From sequence record LC819007.1: a stretch of 64,000 nucleotides of DNA. The stretch is one strand, 5' to 3'. Positions 44,763 to 54,210 of the stretch are shown one piece after another; the stretch's first letter is position 1; every line of letters begins with the position of its first letter. The notes below the pieces were generated by a model, which saw nothing but the letters and a program-made list of their open reading frames with translations, ran no database searches and was not told the DNA's origin. The translations under genes were made by a program, and so were the position numbers.

Positions 44763-46172
44763 TTATTCCTTCGAACCACGCGCCGCAGCTTTCGCTTCAG
44801 CGATCGAGAAACGAATCCAGCGCGACGCGCCGAAGTGGTTGTAGTACAGGCCGTGTGCCGAACCGAACGTCGTACCCGCCACCAGATCCGACAACAGACG
44901 CATCAGGTTGGAATACTTCGAGAGCAGGCGACGTGCTTCATCAGCATTGTCGCCGCCACCGCTGCGATGCGGCTTCGACTTGGTGTCGTCACCGATTTCG
45001 AACAGGGCGTTGATTGCCATGTCGATCGCGCGATCAGCCTTGCCAGCCGATTCCTTCAGCTTCGCGAGGTCTGCAGCCGAAGCACACTTGATGCCGGCGG
45101 AGAACTCGGTCTTGCCGTCGTCGAACGTGACTTGCTGGCCTTCCATGCCGCCCGTACCGTCGATCGTCAGACGATCCGGCAGGTTCACTTCGACCGTCAC
45201 CGACGAATGCTGGAACTTCGAGCGACCCATTTCGGCCAACGGCTTCGCAGCGCTGATGGCGCTGTTCATGCGGTTGATGACGTCCTTCGGCTCGCTCAGC
45301 ACCCATGCCTGGCTCATCGCGTGCATTTCGCTCGACACACGATTCACGAGCTTCAGCACTTCGTTGAACTCAGCCAACGAGTTGTCCACGACTGCGATCG
45401 GGGTCTTGGTCGACGAAGGCGCGTAGAAACGCTCCTGCACCGCCTTTTCCCACTTCGCGTTTTGGAACGGTTTGCCGGCGACGCTCGCCAGAATGCCCGC
45501 TTCCTTTTCCAGCTTCGCGTACACCGACACGGTGCCACGGAAGTAGTCGGCGAAACGCTTGAGCTTTTCAGCGGTCAGGTCGTACGCCTTCTTCATGAAC
45601 TTCGCAGCAGCTGCGTAGACCTTTTCAGCGCGGTCACGCAGTTGTTCGACGAAGCTTTCCGTCGCGATGCGGCGGTCGAAGCCGAACGATTCGAGTGCGA
45701 CCGATTCCGACAGGGGCTCGCCCACGCCAGCAGCGTCGAGCGCCGTGGTGAGCAGCTGCACCGTTTCCGGGGTCAGGCCGTCGCCGCTGACAGCGGGCAC
45801 CGGCTCGCCGGCGTCTTCGCCTTGCGTGACTTCCGTTTCAGCCGGCTCTTGCAGGCTGGCTTCAGCTTGTTCAGCGATTTCTTCGAGCGACGCTGCGTAA
45901 CGGCAATAGCGCATCGTCACAGCTTGCAGATGTTCCAGGGCCAGGGTATGTTCCTGGCTTTCGGCGACCGTGTCGATCTCGTCGTGCTTGGCGATCTCGG
46001 CATCTTCGCCGAAGGTCTTGTCGGCCTTGACGTCATCCGTCGACGGCTCTTCGAGGCTGCCGTCTTCCTTGAAGCCGGGCTTCGGCTGGAACGTCGACAG
46101 CTCGGTCACCTGAGCGATATCGACAGTACCGGCTTCGGCTTCCAGTGCTGCGGTGAAAAGATTTCGTTTCAT
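44763..46172 (-). CDS. internal head protein paralog
   Basis: 469 aa; AALEAE, LALEHL, VALESF, IATESF motifs. Confidence 0.75.
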   Translation of the reverse strand: MKRNLFTAALEAEAGTVDIAQVTELSTFQPKPGFKEDGSLEEPSTDDVKADKTFGEDAEIAKHDEIDTVAESQEHTLALEHLQAVTMRYCRYAASLEEIAEQAEASLQEPAETEVTQGEDAGEPVPAVSGDGLTPETVQLLTTALDAAGVGEPLSESVALESFGFDRRIATESFVEQLRDRAEKVYAAAAKFMKKAYDLTAEKLKRFADYFRGTVSVYAKLEKEAGILASVAGKPFQNAKWEKAVQERFYAPSSTKTPIAVVDNSLAEFNEVLKLVNRVSSEMHAMSQAWVLSEPKDVINRMNSAISAAKPLAEMGRSKFQHSSVTVEVNLPDRLTIDGTGGMEGQQVTFDDGKTEFSAGIKCASAADLAKLKESAGKADRAIDMAINALFEIGDDTKSKPHRSGGGDNADEARRLLSKYSNLMRLLSDLVAGTTFGSAHGLYYNHFGASRWIRFSIAEAKAAARGSKE

Positions 46173-46207
46173 GTTTATCTCAGTTCTTGAAGTCGATGGA
46201 GGCTTCA

Positions 46208-46239
46208 GAGTAAAGCCCGTCGTAAGATAGGCTTTACTC
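46208..46239. terminator. terminator-like hairpin between head paralogs
   Basis: GAGTAAAGCC/GGCTTTACTC 10-bp stem; no clear U-tract. Confidence 0.55.
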
Positions 46240-46253
46240 CTCTCTCAGGACGA

Positions 46254-47603
46254 TTACTCGCCCTTCTTGCCGAAGGCGCCTGCAACCTTGTCCTTCGCAG
46301 CGGAAGCGGCTTCACCAGCTTTCTCGCCGATCGACTTGTCACCGCGATGGGCTGCGATTGCAGCCATGCAGTATTGCAGTGCGATCGTCGAGGCCGACGT
46401 AGCGTACGCGTAGGCAGCGACTTGCGGACCCTTGATGATGCGCGGCACGACGGCTTGCATCTGCTTGAGGACCTTGCTGTCGGCTTCGCCGGCGCTGCCC
46501 TTGGCCTTGCTGGCTGCGCGGTCGAGTTCCTTGTTCAGGTCGTCGAGCTGCTTCAGATTGCTCTGATAGATCTTGACGAGCTGGCCGAGGCCGACGACGT
46601 ATTCCGCGATCGCCTTGATCTCGTTGCCGTCGGGCGCAGCGATTTCCGCTTGCGGCTTGACTTCGTCGAGCTTCTTGACGCCGTGGTTCCAGTGGTTGAG
46701 CGCGTCGACGTTTTCCGGCACCGTGAAGAAGGCGCGGTAGCCGCCGAAAAACGGCTTCGTGACGAGGGTCTTCGTGCCCGCTGCGGCGCCCGCAGCTTGA
46801 GCTTGTTCAGCCGATGCGTCTTCGTCGTATTCGCCGCCAGCTTTCGCCAGGGCTTCGAGGAAGCGATCCATCACGCCTTCAGCAGACGAGCTGCCGGCAG
46901 CCACGACGTCGATACACGTACGCGCTTCCTTCGTGAGTTCGACCGAAGCCTTGCCGCCTTGATCGTTCGCGAATTCCGACACCGACATCATGACTTCGCC
47001 GACTTCGACGTTCTTGTACGTCGCGATCTTGTCGAGCAGGCCCTTGTCGGTGATCTTCGCACCTTCGGTCGTGGCGAGCGTCTTCGTCGCTTCGATGATC
47101 TTCTGCGCCTGGTTGGCGTTCTTCACGATACGATCCGTGAACTTCGCCCACGTTTCGCGAACCCATGCGCCGATCTTCTTGCCGAAGTTGCGCAGCATTT
47201 CCCAGACCTTGGCTGCGAACGCCTTGATGCGCTCCAGAACCTTGCCCTTGTCGGGGTTGCCACCCTTGTCGCCCGTGAGGGCCATCGCGCCACCCGGCGT
47301 CGAAGCGACCAGGTCGTTCGATTCCAGTGCCACGTTCACAGCCTTGGCCGCGAACGGCTCCATCGGCTGATCCATTTCGCCCGGTGCATCTTCCACCAGG
47401 CTGATGATGTCTTCCAGACCCTGTGCTGCGTCGGTGATCTGTTCGACGTCGCCGTCGATGTCACCCGATTCCTGCGGGAAGTCGACACCAGCGGTTTCTT
47501 CGCTGAAGTCGCCGTCCACCGGTTGTTCCGGCGCGATGGTCGCGTTCACGTCTTCCGCGAACTCTTCCAGCGCAGCCATGGTTTGTGCGAAGGATTGTTT
47601 CAT
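46254..47603 (-). CDS. internal head protein paralog
   Basis: 449 aa; AALEEF, QGLEDI, VALESN; VLERIKAFAAKVWEMLRNFGKKI helix. Confidence 0.75.
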   Translation of the reverse strand: MKQSFAQTMAALEEFAEDVNATIAPEQPVDGDFSEETAGVDFPQESGDIDGDVEQITDAAQGLEDIISLVEDAPGEMDQPMEPFAAKAVNVALESNDLVASTPGGAMALTGDKGGNPDKGKVLERIKAFAAKVWEMLRNFGKKIGAWVRETWAKFTDRIVKNANQAQKIIEATKTLATTEGAKITDKGLLDKIATYKNVEVGEVMMSVSEFANDQGGKASVELTKEARTCIDVVAAGSSSAEGVMDRFLEALAKAGGEYDEDASAEQAQAAGAAAGTKTLVTKPFFGGYRAFFTVPENVDALNHWNHGVKKLDEVKPQAEIAAPDGNEIKAIAEYVVGLGQLVKIYQSNLKQLDDLNKELDRAASKAKGSAGEADSKVLKQMQAVVPRIIKGPQVAAYAYATSASTIALQYCMAAIAAHRGDKSIGEKAGEAASAAKDKVAGAFGKKGE

Positions 47604-47682
47604 TTTTCCAGTATCCGATTTTGGTGTGGAGATTTCAGACAGGGGAGATTCGCGTCTCCCCTGCCCTACTCACGAATTACGT

Positions 47683-49953
47683 TCAGGCCTTGGCCGCGAC
47701 CGCGGTGCTCTTGTCTTCAGCAGCGCCACCGAGGCTCGCTGCGACGTAGTCGAGCGCGAAGCCCAGGTTACGCGGCAATGCACGGTTGATCGCGTGGATC
47801 GGCAGCTTCGGCGAGGTCATGAACAGCGAGTTGATGAACACCAGCGACTTGCGCAGGCCTTCACTCTTCGCACCGACTTCGTCGAGCATCTGCTTGAGCG
47901 CACCATTGGCCATCGCCGTGACGGTGTCCTTGCGCTTCTTGATTTCCGCGTTCAGTTCCTTGATGCCGCCGCGATTGCCGTCGCTTGCTTCGCGAGCGGC
48001 CTTGGCCAGTTCCGCCACCAGTGCGCAGATCTTGCCGGCTTCGGCTTGATCCAGTGCCTTGACCGAGTTCGACGGTGCTTGCGCGCCGGTGTTCTGCACC
48101 GAGCTCGACATGCCACGGATGCCTTCAGCCGACGACGGGATCGAGGTGACCAGCACTTGGCTGTCCAGCAGCGAGAACGCCATCATCTTCAGCAGGTTCG
48201 AGTTGTCGCCGAACTTGAAGTCCATCGGCTTGAACGTCGAGCGGTGACCGATCGCTTCCATCTGTTCGGCCCACTTCGCGAGCGTTTCCGAGATCTTGCC
48301 GCGCAGCTCTTCTTCCTTCTCCGGCGTCTTGACCATTTCTTCCGCGAGGTCGAGGGCCTGGAGATACGGCGCGTAGGTCTTCGGATCGTTCAGCGACTTG
48401 GCGAATGCAGCCAGCTCGCCCAGGTACTTCGGCAGATCTTCGATTTGCTTGTCGCCAGCGGTCAGCTTCTTCGCGAGAGCCTTGCTGTCGATGTCGCCTT
48501 CCACCATCTTCGCGCCCTTGACACGCTCAGCGAGCTTGTTGGCACGTGCTTCGACCGCAGCGAAAGCGTTCGTGAGACGTTTGTACGTTTCGACGATCCA
48601 CTGCGTGAGGCGTTCGAATGCGTCTTGCAGCGCCTTGATGATGCGGCGGATGAACGCAACGATCTGGTCCTTCGCACCGTTGGCACCGTCGATCTTGGCC
48701 GACGGCGTTTCCATGTCTTCCAGCGCCGGGATCATCAGCGGCTTGACCTTCAGCGACTTCGTGACCGTGTTCAGGTTGTTGCGCAGGAACGAAGCACCGA
48801 AGATGTCCAGGCCACCGCGTTGAGCAGCAGCATCGAGAATCGCCACGCAGCCTTCGAGCGACTCGGTTGCGTCCGTGAGCTTGCTGACGTCGTCTTGCAC
48901 GTCTTCGGACTGGTCTTCGATTTGGTCGACGGCGTCCATTTCGCCTTCGACTTCTTCTGCTTCTGCGTCGCCGATGTCGGCGTCGTCCACCACGTCGCCG
49001 GGCTCGCCCGTCGAAGCAGCATCGCTTGCAGCAGCGGCAGCAGCCGATGCGTCGGTCTGGTCTTCAGCGCTTTGTGCAGCGTCCGCGGCAGCAGCCGGAT
49101 CGGTTGCAGCAGCGTCGTCAGCGCCCGGCGTAGCCGAAGCGTCGTCAGTCGCGCCTGCGGCGGCATCGTCGCCTGCAGCAGCAGCGTCATCGGTAGCGCC
49201 CGCCGAAGCGTCGTCACCGGTTGCAGCACCACCAGCAGCGTCTGCAGCGGCCGCATCTGCGTCCGGAGCAGCTGCGCCATCGCCACCAGCAGCAGCGTCG
49301 TCACCCGTTTGGGTCGCGGCGTCAGCGTTGGCATCGTCGCCTTCCGGCGGCGTCGCGCCGTCAGCACCAGCTGCGGCTGCATCGGCGTCGTCCGTCGATT
49401 CGTTCGCGGGCTTGGCCTTCGGCTTGGCCGGCTTCGCGCCACCCTTGGCACCCTTGGCCGTTTGCGTGGCCGCTTGATTCAGAATGCGATCGAGCTCGCC
49501 GCACTTCTGCTTGAGTTCCTTCTGCAGTTCTTCGATCTGATGGCCCTTGATAGCGCCGTAGATGCCGCCGAACAGGCCACCGAGCAGTGCGCCTTGGAAG
49601 ATCGTACCGAAGCTTGCGCCTTCGACCTTTTCCTTGAAATCTTCCGCCGAGAGCTTGCCTTCTTTCACGGCCTTCTTGCCGTTGTCGATGGCTTGCGTCT
49701 TGATGGCTTCCGTGATCTGCTTGATTTCCTTGCGGAGCTTGTCCACTTCAGCAGCACCAGCACCGCCGACGATGATGCCAGCGCCCGGGATGACCCAGTT
49801 TGCGCCGCCCACGACGAAACCGAGCAGCGCGCCCGCGACGCCTTCATTGGCCGGAACGTACTGAGCGACTTGCGACGGTTTCGGCAAGTCGTCGGTGAGT
49901 TCTTCCAGGGCGGCAATACCCAGTTGCGACTTAAACTTCATGGTTTTCTCCAT
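47683..49953 (-). CDS. internal head protein paralog with Gly-rich hydrophobic N-terminal domain and Ala/Asp linker
   Basis: 756 aa; AALEE, ANEG, ANES, ESLEG, PALED motifs; start may be 49941. Confidence 0.75.
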   Translation of the reverse strand: MEKTMKFKSQLGIAALEELTDDLPKPSQVAQYVPANEGVAGALLGFVVGGANWVIPGAGIIVGGAGAAEVDKLRKEIKQITEAIKTQAIDNGKKAVKEGKLSAEDFKEKVEGASFGTIFQGALLGGLFGGIYGAIKGHQIEELQKELKQKCGELDRILNQAATQTAKGAKGGAKPAKPKAKPANESTDDADAAAAGADGATPPEGDDANADAATQTGDDAAAGGDGAAAPDADAAAADAAGGAATGDDASAGATDDAAAAGDDAAAGATDDASATPGADDAAATDPAAAADAAQSAEDQTDASAAAAAASDAASTGEPGDVVDDADIGDAEAEEVEGEMDAVDQIEDQSEDVQDDVSKLTDATESLEGCVAILDAAAQRGGLDIFGASFLRNNLNTVTKSLKVKPLMIPALEDMETPSAKIDGANGAKDQIVAFIRRIIKALQDAFERLTQWIVETYKRLTNAFAAVEARANKLAERVKGAKMVEGDIDSKALAKKLTAGDKQIEDLPKYLGELAAFAKSLNDPKTYAPYLQALDLAEEMVKTPEKEEELRGKISETLAKWAEQMEAIGHRSTFKPMDFKFGDNSNLLKMMAFSLLDSQVLVTSIPSSAEGIRGMSSSVQNTGAQAPSNSVKALDQAEAGKICALVAELAKAAREASDGNRGGIKELNAEIKKRKDTVTAMANGALKQMLDEVGAKSEGLRKSLVFINSLFMTSPKLPIHAINRALPRNLGFALDYVAASLGGAAEDKSTAVAAKA

Positions 49954-50083
49954 TCGAATGGAATTGATCTTGAGGATTCGCGCGAATCTTGAATAGACAA
50001 ACTTCCCGCCAGCATAAAGGCGGCGGAGTCGTTCTATACAATGGGTTTTGACTAGGCGACGTATTTACATCGCCTAGCTGCGC

Positions 50084-50683
50084 TTAACGCGTGTTGTGTT
50101 CGCCGAAAAGCGTGTAGAGCGTGGTCACCATATCGGTGAAGCCGCCTTGGTGGGAGAGCCACCGGCAGATCACATTCGGCATGTTGTTGCTGGTCTGGAT
50201 CTGCGAGCGGACACTATACCCATCGGGCAACATCGTGAAGAGGCCGTCTTCGAAAGTCGGTGGGCTGTTCGGATCGTTCGAGCCCGGACCGATCAAGTGC
50301 TCCCACATCGAGACAGGCATCTGGCGCTTACCGCCCGTGATAAAGCGCACGGTATCGCTGATGAAGTCAGCGTGGGTTTGCGTGAAGGTCGGGGACTCTT
50401 TCTGCACCGCAGCCCAGAGGCCGAAGTTGTTGACGCCGAAAGCCTGACCGGCGATGCGGATCACGCGTTCCCGGAAATCGAAGTCGGTGTGAATCACCTG
50501 ACGACGCACGAGCTGGTTGTAGACTTCCACGACCGACTCGTTAGCCACCACGTGGTCAACGGCTTGCGGATCGAGATCGAAGACCGAGAGGATCGGGCGG
50601 GACTTCCACGTCTGGTAAGTCTCGCTCGAATTGGCCTTCGACCCGAAGAAGCCTCGCACGTACAGTTTGAGGTCATCGCGCAT
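50084..50683 (-). CDS. phiKZ-like hypothetical protein
   Basis: 199 aa, GAGGA RBS, within the head cluster. Confidence 0.7.
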   Translation of the reverse strand: MRDDLKLYVRGFFGSKANSSETYQTWKSRPILSVFDLDPQAVDHVVANESVVEVYNQLVRRQVIHTDFDFRERVIRIAGQAFGVNNFGLWAAVQKESPTFTQTHADFISDTVRFITGGKRQMPVSMWEHLIGPGSNDPNSPPTFEDGLFTMLPDGYSVRSQIQTSNNMPNVICRWLSHQGGFTDMVTTLYTLFGEHNTR

Positions 50684-50686
50684 GGA

Positions 50687-51586
50687 TCAGTCCTCGTTCA
50701 GTTCGGCGATCTCGCGGGAGAGGTCTTCCGTGAGGGATTGCAGGTAGGAGATCTCGCGCTCCAGTGCGGGATCTTCCTTACCCTGGCGCGTACGCTCCAG
50801 TTGCATCAGGCGGAGCTTGGCCATCTGCAGTTCGCTTTCCGCTTCCTTGGCCCGTGCGACCTTCGCTTCGACAGCGTGCATGCGCAGACGACGGATCGGG
50901 TTCCAGGCGAAGTTGCTGATCGAGAACATGAACGGGTCGATCTTCGTTTCGCCGACCGTGTTCTTCAGGCTGCCGTAGTTGGTATCGTCCGCGAGGATGT
51001 CGGGGATCTGATCCAGACGGTCGACCATTTCGGTCGCCGGCTTCGCGAGCACGTTGATTGCGTTGCAATACGGCAGCAGACCCTTGGTGAACCACTCGAC
51101 TTCTGCCGGGATCATGTCCGTGGACGGAATCGGCTCCATCTTCTTCTCGTCACGTTGAGCTGCGACTTCCGTCTTGAGCGCATACGTGAAGAGCTTCGCG
51201 GTGAAACGCGCCGAGAAGGTGATCGCGTCGACGAGCTGGACCAGGTTGGCCTTGCGGTAGTTCAGACCCTTGGCGGCGATCTTGTCTTCGAACTCGCCCT
51301 GCACGATGGCTTCGAGCGCATCGATCGTGCCGGTGATATTGCTGGTGTTGGCGGCCAGATAGCCGAAGATGCCCTTACCGCCGGCGCCTTTGACGACGCC
51401 AGCGAAGGTCGACTGGACCTTGCGCATCTCATCGCTCTTGAACTTCGAACCGAACATCTTGTCGGTGCGAGCCAGGAGGTCAGACATCTGGGTGAATTGG
51501 GTGCGGGCGAACCGCAGGTCTTCCAGCAGGCCGGATTTACCGAACATGGTGGAGATCTGTTGTTGGATATAGGTCGTGATCTTCAT
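50687..51586 (-). CDS. putative head/inner-body protein (phiKZ gp90-like by synteny)
   Basis: Start MKITTYIQ; C-terminal coiled coil; strong codon bias. Confidence 0.6.
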   Translation of the reverse strand: MKITTYIQQQISTMFGKSGLLEDLRFARTQFTQMSDLLARTDKMFGSKFKSDEMRKVQSTFAGVVKGAGGKGIFGYLAANTSNITGTIDALEAIVQGEFEDKIAAKGLNYRKANLVQLVDAITFSARFTAKLFTYALKTEVAAQRDEKKMEPIPSTDMIPAEVEWFTKGLLPYCNAINVLAKPATEMVDRLDQIPDILADDTNYGSLKNTVGETKIDPFMFSISNFAWNPIRRLRMHAVEAKVARAKEAESELQMAKLRLMQLERTRQGKEDPALEREISYLQSLTEDLSREIAELNED

Positions 51587-51671
51587 GTTTTTACTGAGTC
51601 GCTTTCGGCGAAACAAAGATGAACGGTACAAACAATAGCAGGGCGCTAAGCCCCGCTATCGTTCTTCTCTT

Positions 51672-52985
51672 TTACGCGCGGAACGAGGAGCCTGCACGGA
51701 ACATGTTGAGCACGTCGCCAATGTCCGGGCCACCGTTCTTGTTCGAAGCCTTCAGATCGCGCTCCGAGAGTTCGGTGTATTCCGGGATATCCCGGGTGTA
51801 GACACGCACGCGGCCCCACTGCTTGTCGATGATGAACATCAGCATGCCGTAGCCTTGCTGGAAGAGCTTCTGACGCGTGTTGAAGTCCTTCAGCTTGCCG
51901 TAGATCTTCATCTCCAGCGCTTCGGCCGTAGCCGACGACATCACAACGATGTTCGAGGCGTTGTTCGCCGACACCGAAGCGGAGAGCGCTGCGGACAGAC
52001 CGTTCTGACGACGCTTTTGCATCATCTGCAGGTACACGCCCGTCTTGTCGGCCTTCAGGTTCTTTTTGTGCGCGTCGATCAGGTCCTGGCAGAACACGAG
52101 ATCACGCCAGAAGTCGATCCCGCCCAGACGCCACTTCTTGAAGCGTGCGCCGAAGCTGATGTCTTCCGAGCCCGAAGCGAGAATAGCCACGAGCGGAGCC
52201 GTACCGATGTACATTGCGTTCAGACGGATCACGACCGGCACCGTCACTTCACGTTCGTTCTCTTTGATCGTGAGGTTGATCATGCGGCCCGCGCCGAGGT
52301 TGACCGGATCGCTGATGTCGACGGCCTTGCCGATCGACACTTGACCCGCGTAGTTCAGCGCGGATTGTGCGCCAGCCTTGGCACCGGCTTTGGCGCCACT
52401 GGCAGCATCGTCGATGGCGGTCGAGAACGGCGTGGGCGTGCCCTTGCCGACGGGTTGCTGGCCTTTGATCGACCACGGATCATTCGATTCGAGTGCCGGC
52501 GTTTCTTCGACGTCCGCAGCACGCTTGGCAGCGGCTTCGGCATCTTTCTTGACGGCGGCTTCGAGGTCTTTCAGGTCCTGCGGCAGTTCGCGCACTTCGC
52601 CGTCGACCACGAGCCGATCGTCGAACTCTTCGAGCGCGGCCGAAGCCAGTCCGCCGATGGTGCCGATCGCCGAAGCCGTCGGGTTGCGCCGCGTGGCAAA
52701 CTTGTCCAGACGCTGCTGCACGGAGGCATTGCCAATGCTAATGTTGTGCATTGAAAATGCCCGGAGGTAATAGCCGGCGAAGATCGATTGTGCCAGTTGA
52801 AGCGTGTCCGGCAACAGGTCGGAATTGCGCAAGTCTTCATCAACCAAGGTCGTCGGAGCGATCTCGCCTGCCTGGGCATACCCCACCAACGAGTCACCCT
52901 TGGGCAAGTCTGCCAGCATCTTGAAACCGTGCTCGATAGCAGCACCGGCTACCTTCATTCCGTAGTTTGCTGCAAGTGTGTTCAT
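51672..52985 (-). CDS. putative head/inner-body protein (phiKZ gp89-like by synteny)
   Basis: Start MNTLAANY; internal AALEEF and PALESN motifs. Confidence 0.6.
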   Translation of the reverse strand: MNTLAANYGMKVAGAAIEHGFKMLADLPKGDSLVGYAQAGEIAPTTLVDEDLRNSDLLPDTLQLAQSIFAGYYLRAFSMHNISIGNASVQQRLDKFATRRNPTASAIGTIGGLASAALEEFDDRLVVDGEVRELPQDLKDLEAAVKKDAEAAAKRAADVEETPALESNDPWSIKGQQPVGKGTPTPFSTAIDDAASGAKAGAKAGAQSALNYAGQVSIGKAVDISDPVNLGAGRMINLTIKENEREVTVPVVIRLNAMYIGTAPLVAILASGSEDISFGARFKKWRLGGIDFWRDLVFCQDLIDAHKKNLKADKTGVYLQMMQKRRQNGLSAALSASVSANNASNIVVMSSATAEALEMKIYGKLKDFNTRQKLFQQGYGMLMFIIDKQWGRVRVYTRDIPEYTELSERDLKASNKNGGPDIGDVLNMFRAGSSFRA

Positions 52986-53012
52986 TTTTTGTTTCCCAAA
53001 AAGAAGGATTTG

Positions 53013-54197
53013 ATGATGTCTAATTTGTTTACTGATGTCTGGGGGAGGACATTCACCCAGGGTGGAACGGTAAACGGTGTAGATGACGTGTGGGCGCGCA
53101 GTCCGGTGGGTAACCCGAACACTGCAGTTACTGAGACGTTGTATGGTATTAACCACCGCAGTCTGAGCAACAGTATTCCCATCAACAAGGACTACTATGG
53201 TCTGGCCTTTTTCACCAAGCCGGATTTGCGCTTCACCACGGACAATCTCATTAAGCTCCGTAAGTTCGCACCCATGCTGACTTCACGTGAAACCTCGCTA
53301 CCGCGCGCAATTCGCGCGATGCTGGATTTTCGCCACAACACTCATAATGAAGATAGCTACAATTGTGCCCTGATTGATCCGAAGCAGATCTTCATTCCGA
53401 TCCTGACCAACCAACTGGTGTCGATGTCGGGCTGGCCCGACGTCGAAGCACCGACCTTCAAGAGTGATGCAGGTGTCTACGGCGAGGAACATTCGTTCGT
53501 CGACGGGATCACAGACATCTACCGGACGTGGGACATGACGGCCAACTTCCGGAACATTCCCGGCGATCCTATCACGGCGATGTTCTGGTACTGGATCTCT
53601 TATGCTTCAGCGGTGTTTGAAGGCACCCTGACCCCATACGCAGATAACATTGCGGAAAACGTGATCGACTACCAGACTCGGATCTACCGGGTGGTGTTGG
53701 ATTCGAGCAAACGCTTTGTTCAAAAGATTGCGTGTACGGGCGCAGCGTTTCCGACGGGTGTACCGATGGGGATGTCGTTCAACTTCGAGACCGATACCCC
53801 GATCAACCGGTTGGACCAGATCCCGATCTCTTTTCGCTGCATCGGCGCCGAGTATCTGGATGACATGATCATCCACGATTTCAACAAGGCGGTGGTGATT
53901 GGCAACCAGGATATGGCGGATGACCAACGCGATGGCGCGGGCCTCGTCAAGGTGCCGTACGAGTTCATCTACCTCTTTAACTATCTGGGCTATCCGCGCA
54001 TCAATATCCAGACCTTTGAGCTGGAGTGGTGGGTGTACAACAACACCTATCAGGAGATGACGGGCAGCTCAGGTGATGGGGCTTCGATGCCGGACGTGGA
54101 TCTGGCGGATGTGGACTCGGGCGATCTGAATACCTACACGGGCATCCCGATGACTGGCACGTCCTCGACCTCACCGGGTGGCGTCCCGAACAAATAA
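53013..54197 (+). CDS. putative virion structural protein (phiKZ gp88-like by synteny)
   Basis: Start MMSNLF after AAGGA; divergent from the 52985 gene. Confidence 0.65.
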   Translation: MMSNLFTDVWGRTFTQGGTVNGVDDVWARSPVGNPNTAVTETLYGINHRSLSNSIPINKDYYGLAFFTKPDLRFTTDNLIKLRKFAPMLTSRETSLPRAIRAMLDFRHNTHNEDSYNCALIDPKQIFIPILTNQLVSMSGWPDVEAPTFKSDAGVYGEEHSFVDGITDIYRTWDMTANFRNIPGDPITAMFWYWISYASAVFEGTLTPYADNIAENVIDYQTRIYRVVLDSSKRFVQKIACTGAAFPTGVPMGMSFNFETDTPINRLDQIPISFRCIGAEYLDDMIIHDFNKAVVIGNQDMADDQRDGAGLVKVPYEFIYLFNYLGYPRINIQTFELEWWVYNNTYQEMTGSSGDGASMPDVDLADVDSGDLNTYTGIPMTGTSSTSPGGVPNK

Positions 54198-54210
54198 TCA
54201 GGTAACCACT

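Noticed and set aside
50004-50028. GCATAAAGG motif upstream of the 49953 gene
   Set aside because: The motif sits in the loop of a short CCGCC/GGCGG stem rather than after a stem, so it was not counted as a terminator of the conserved class
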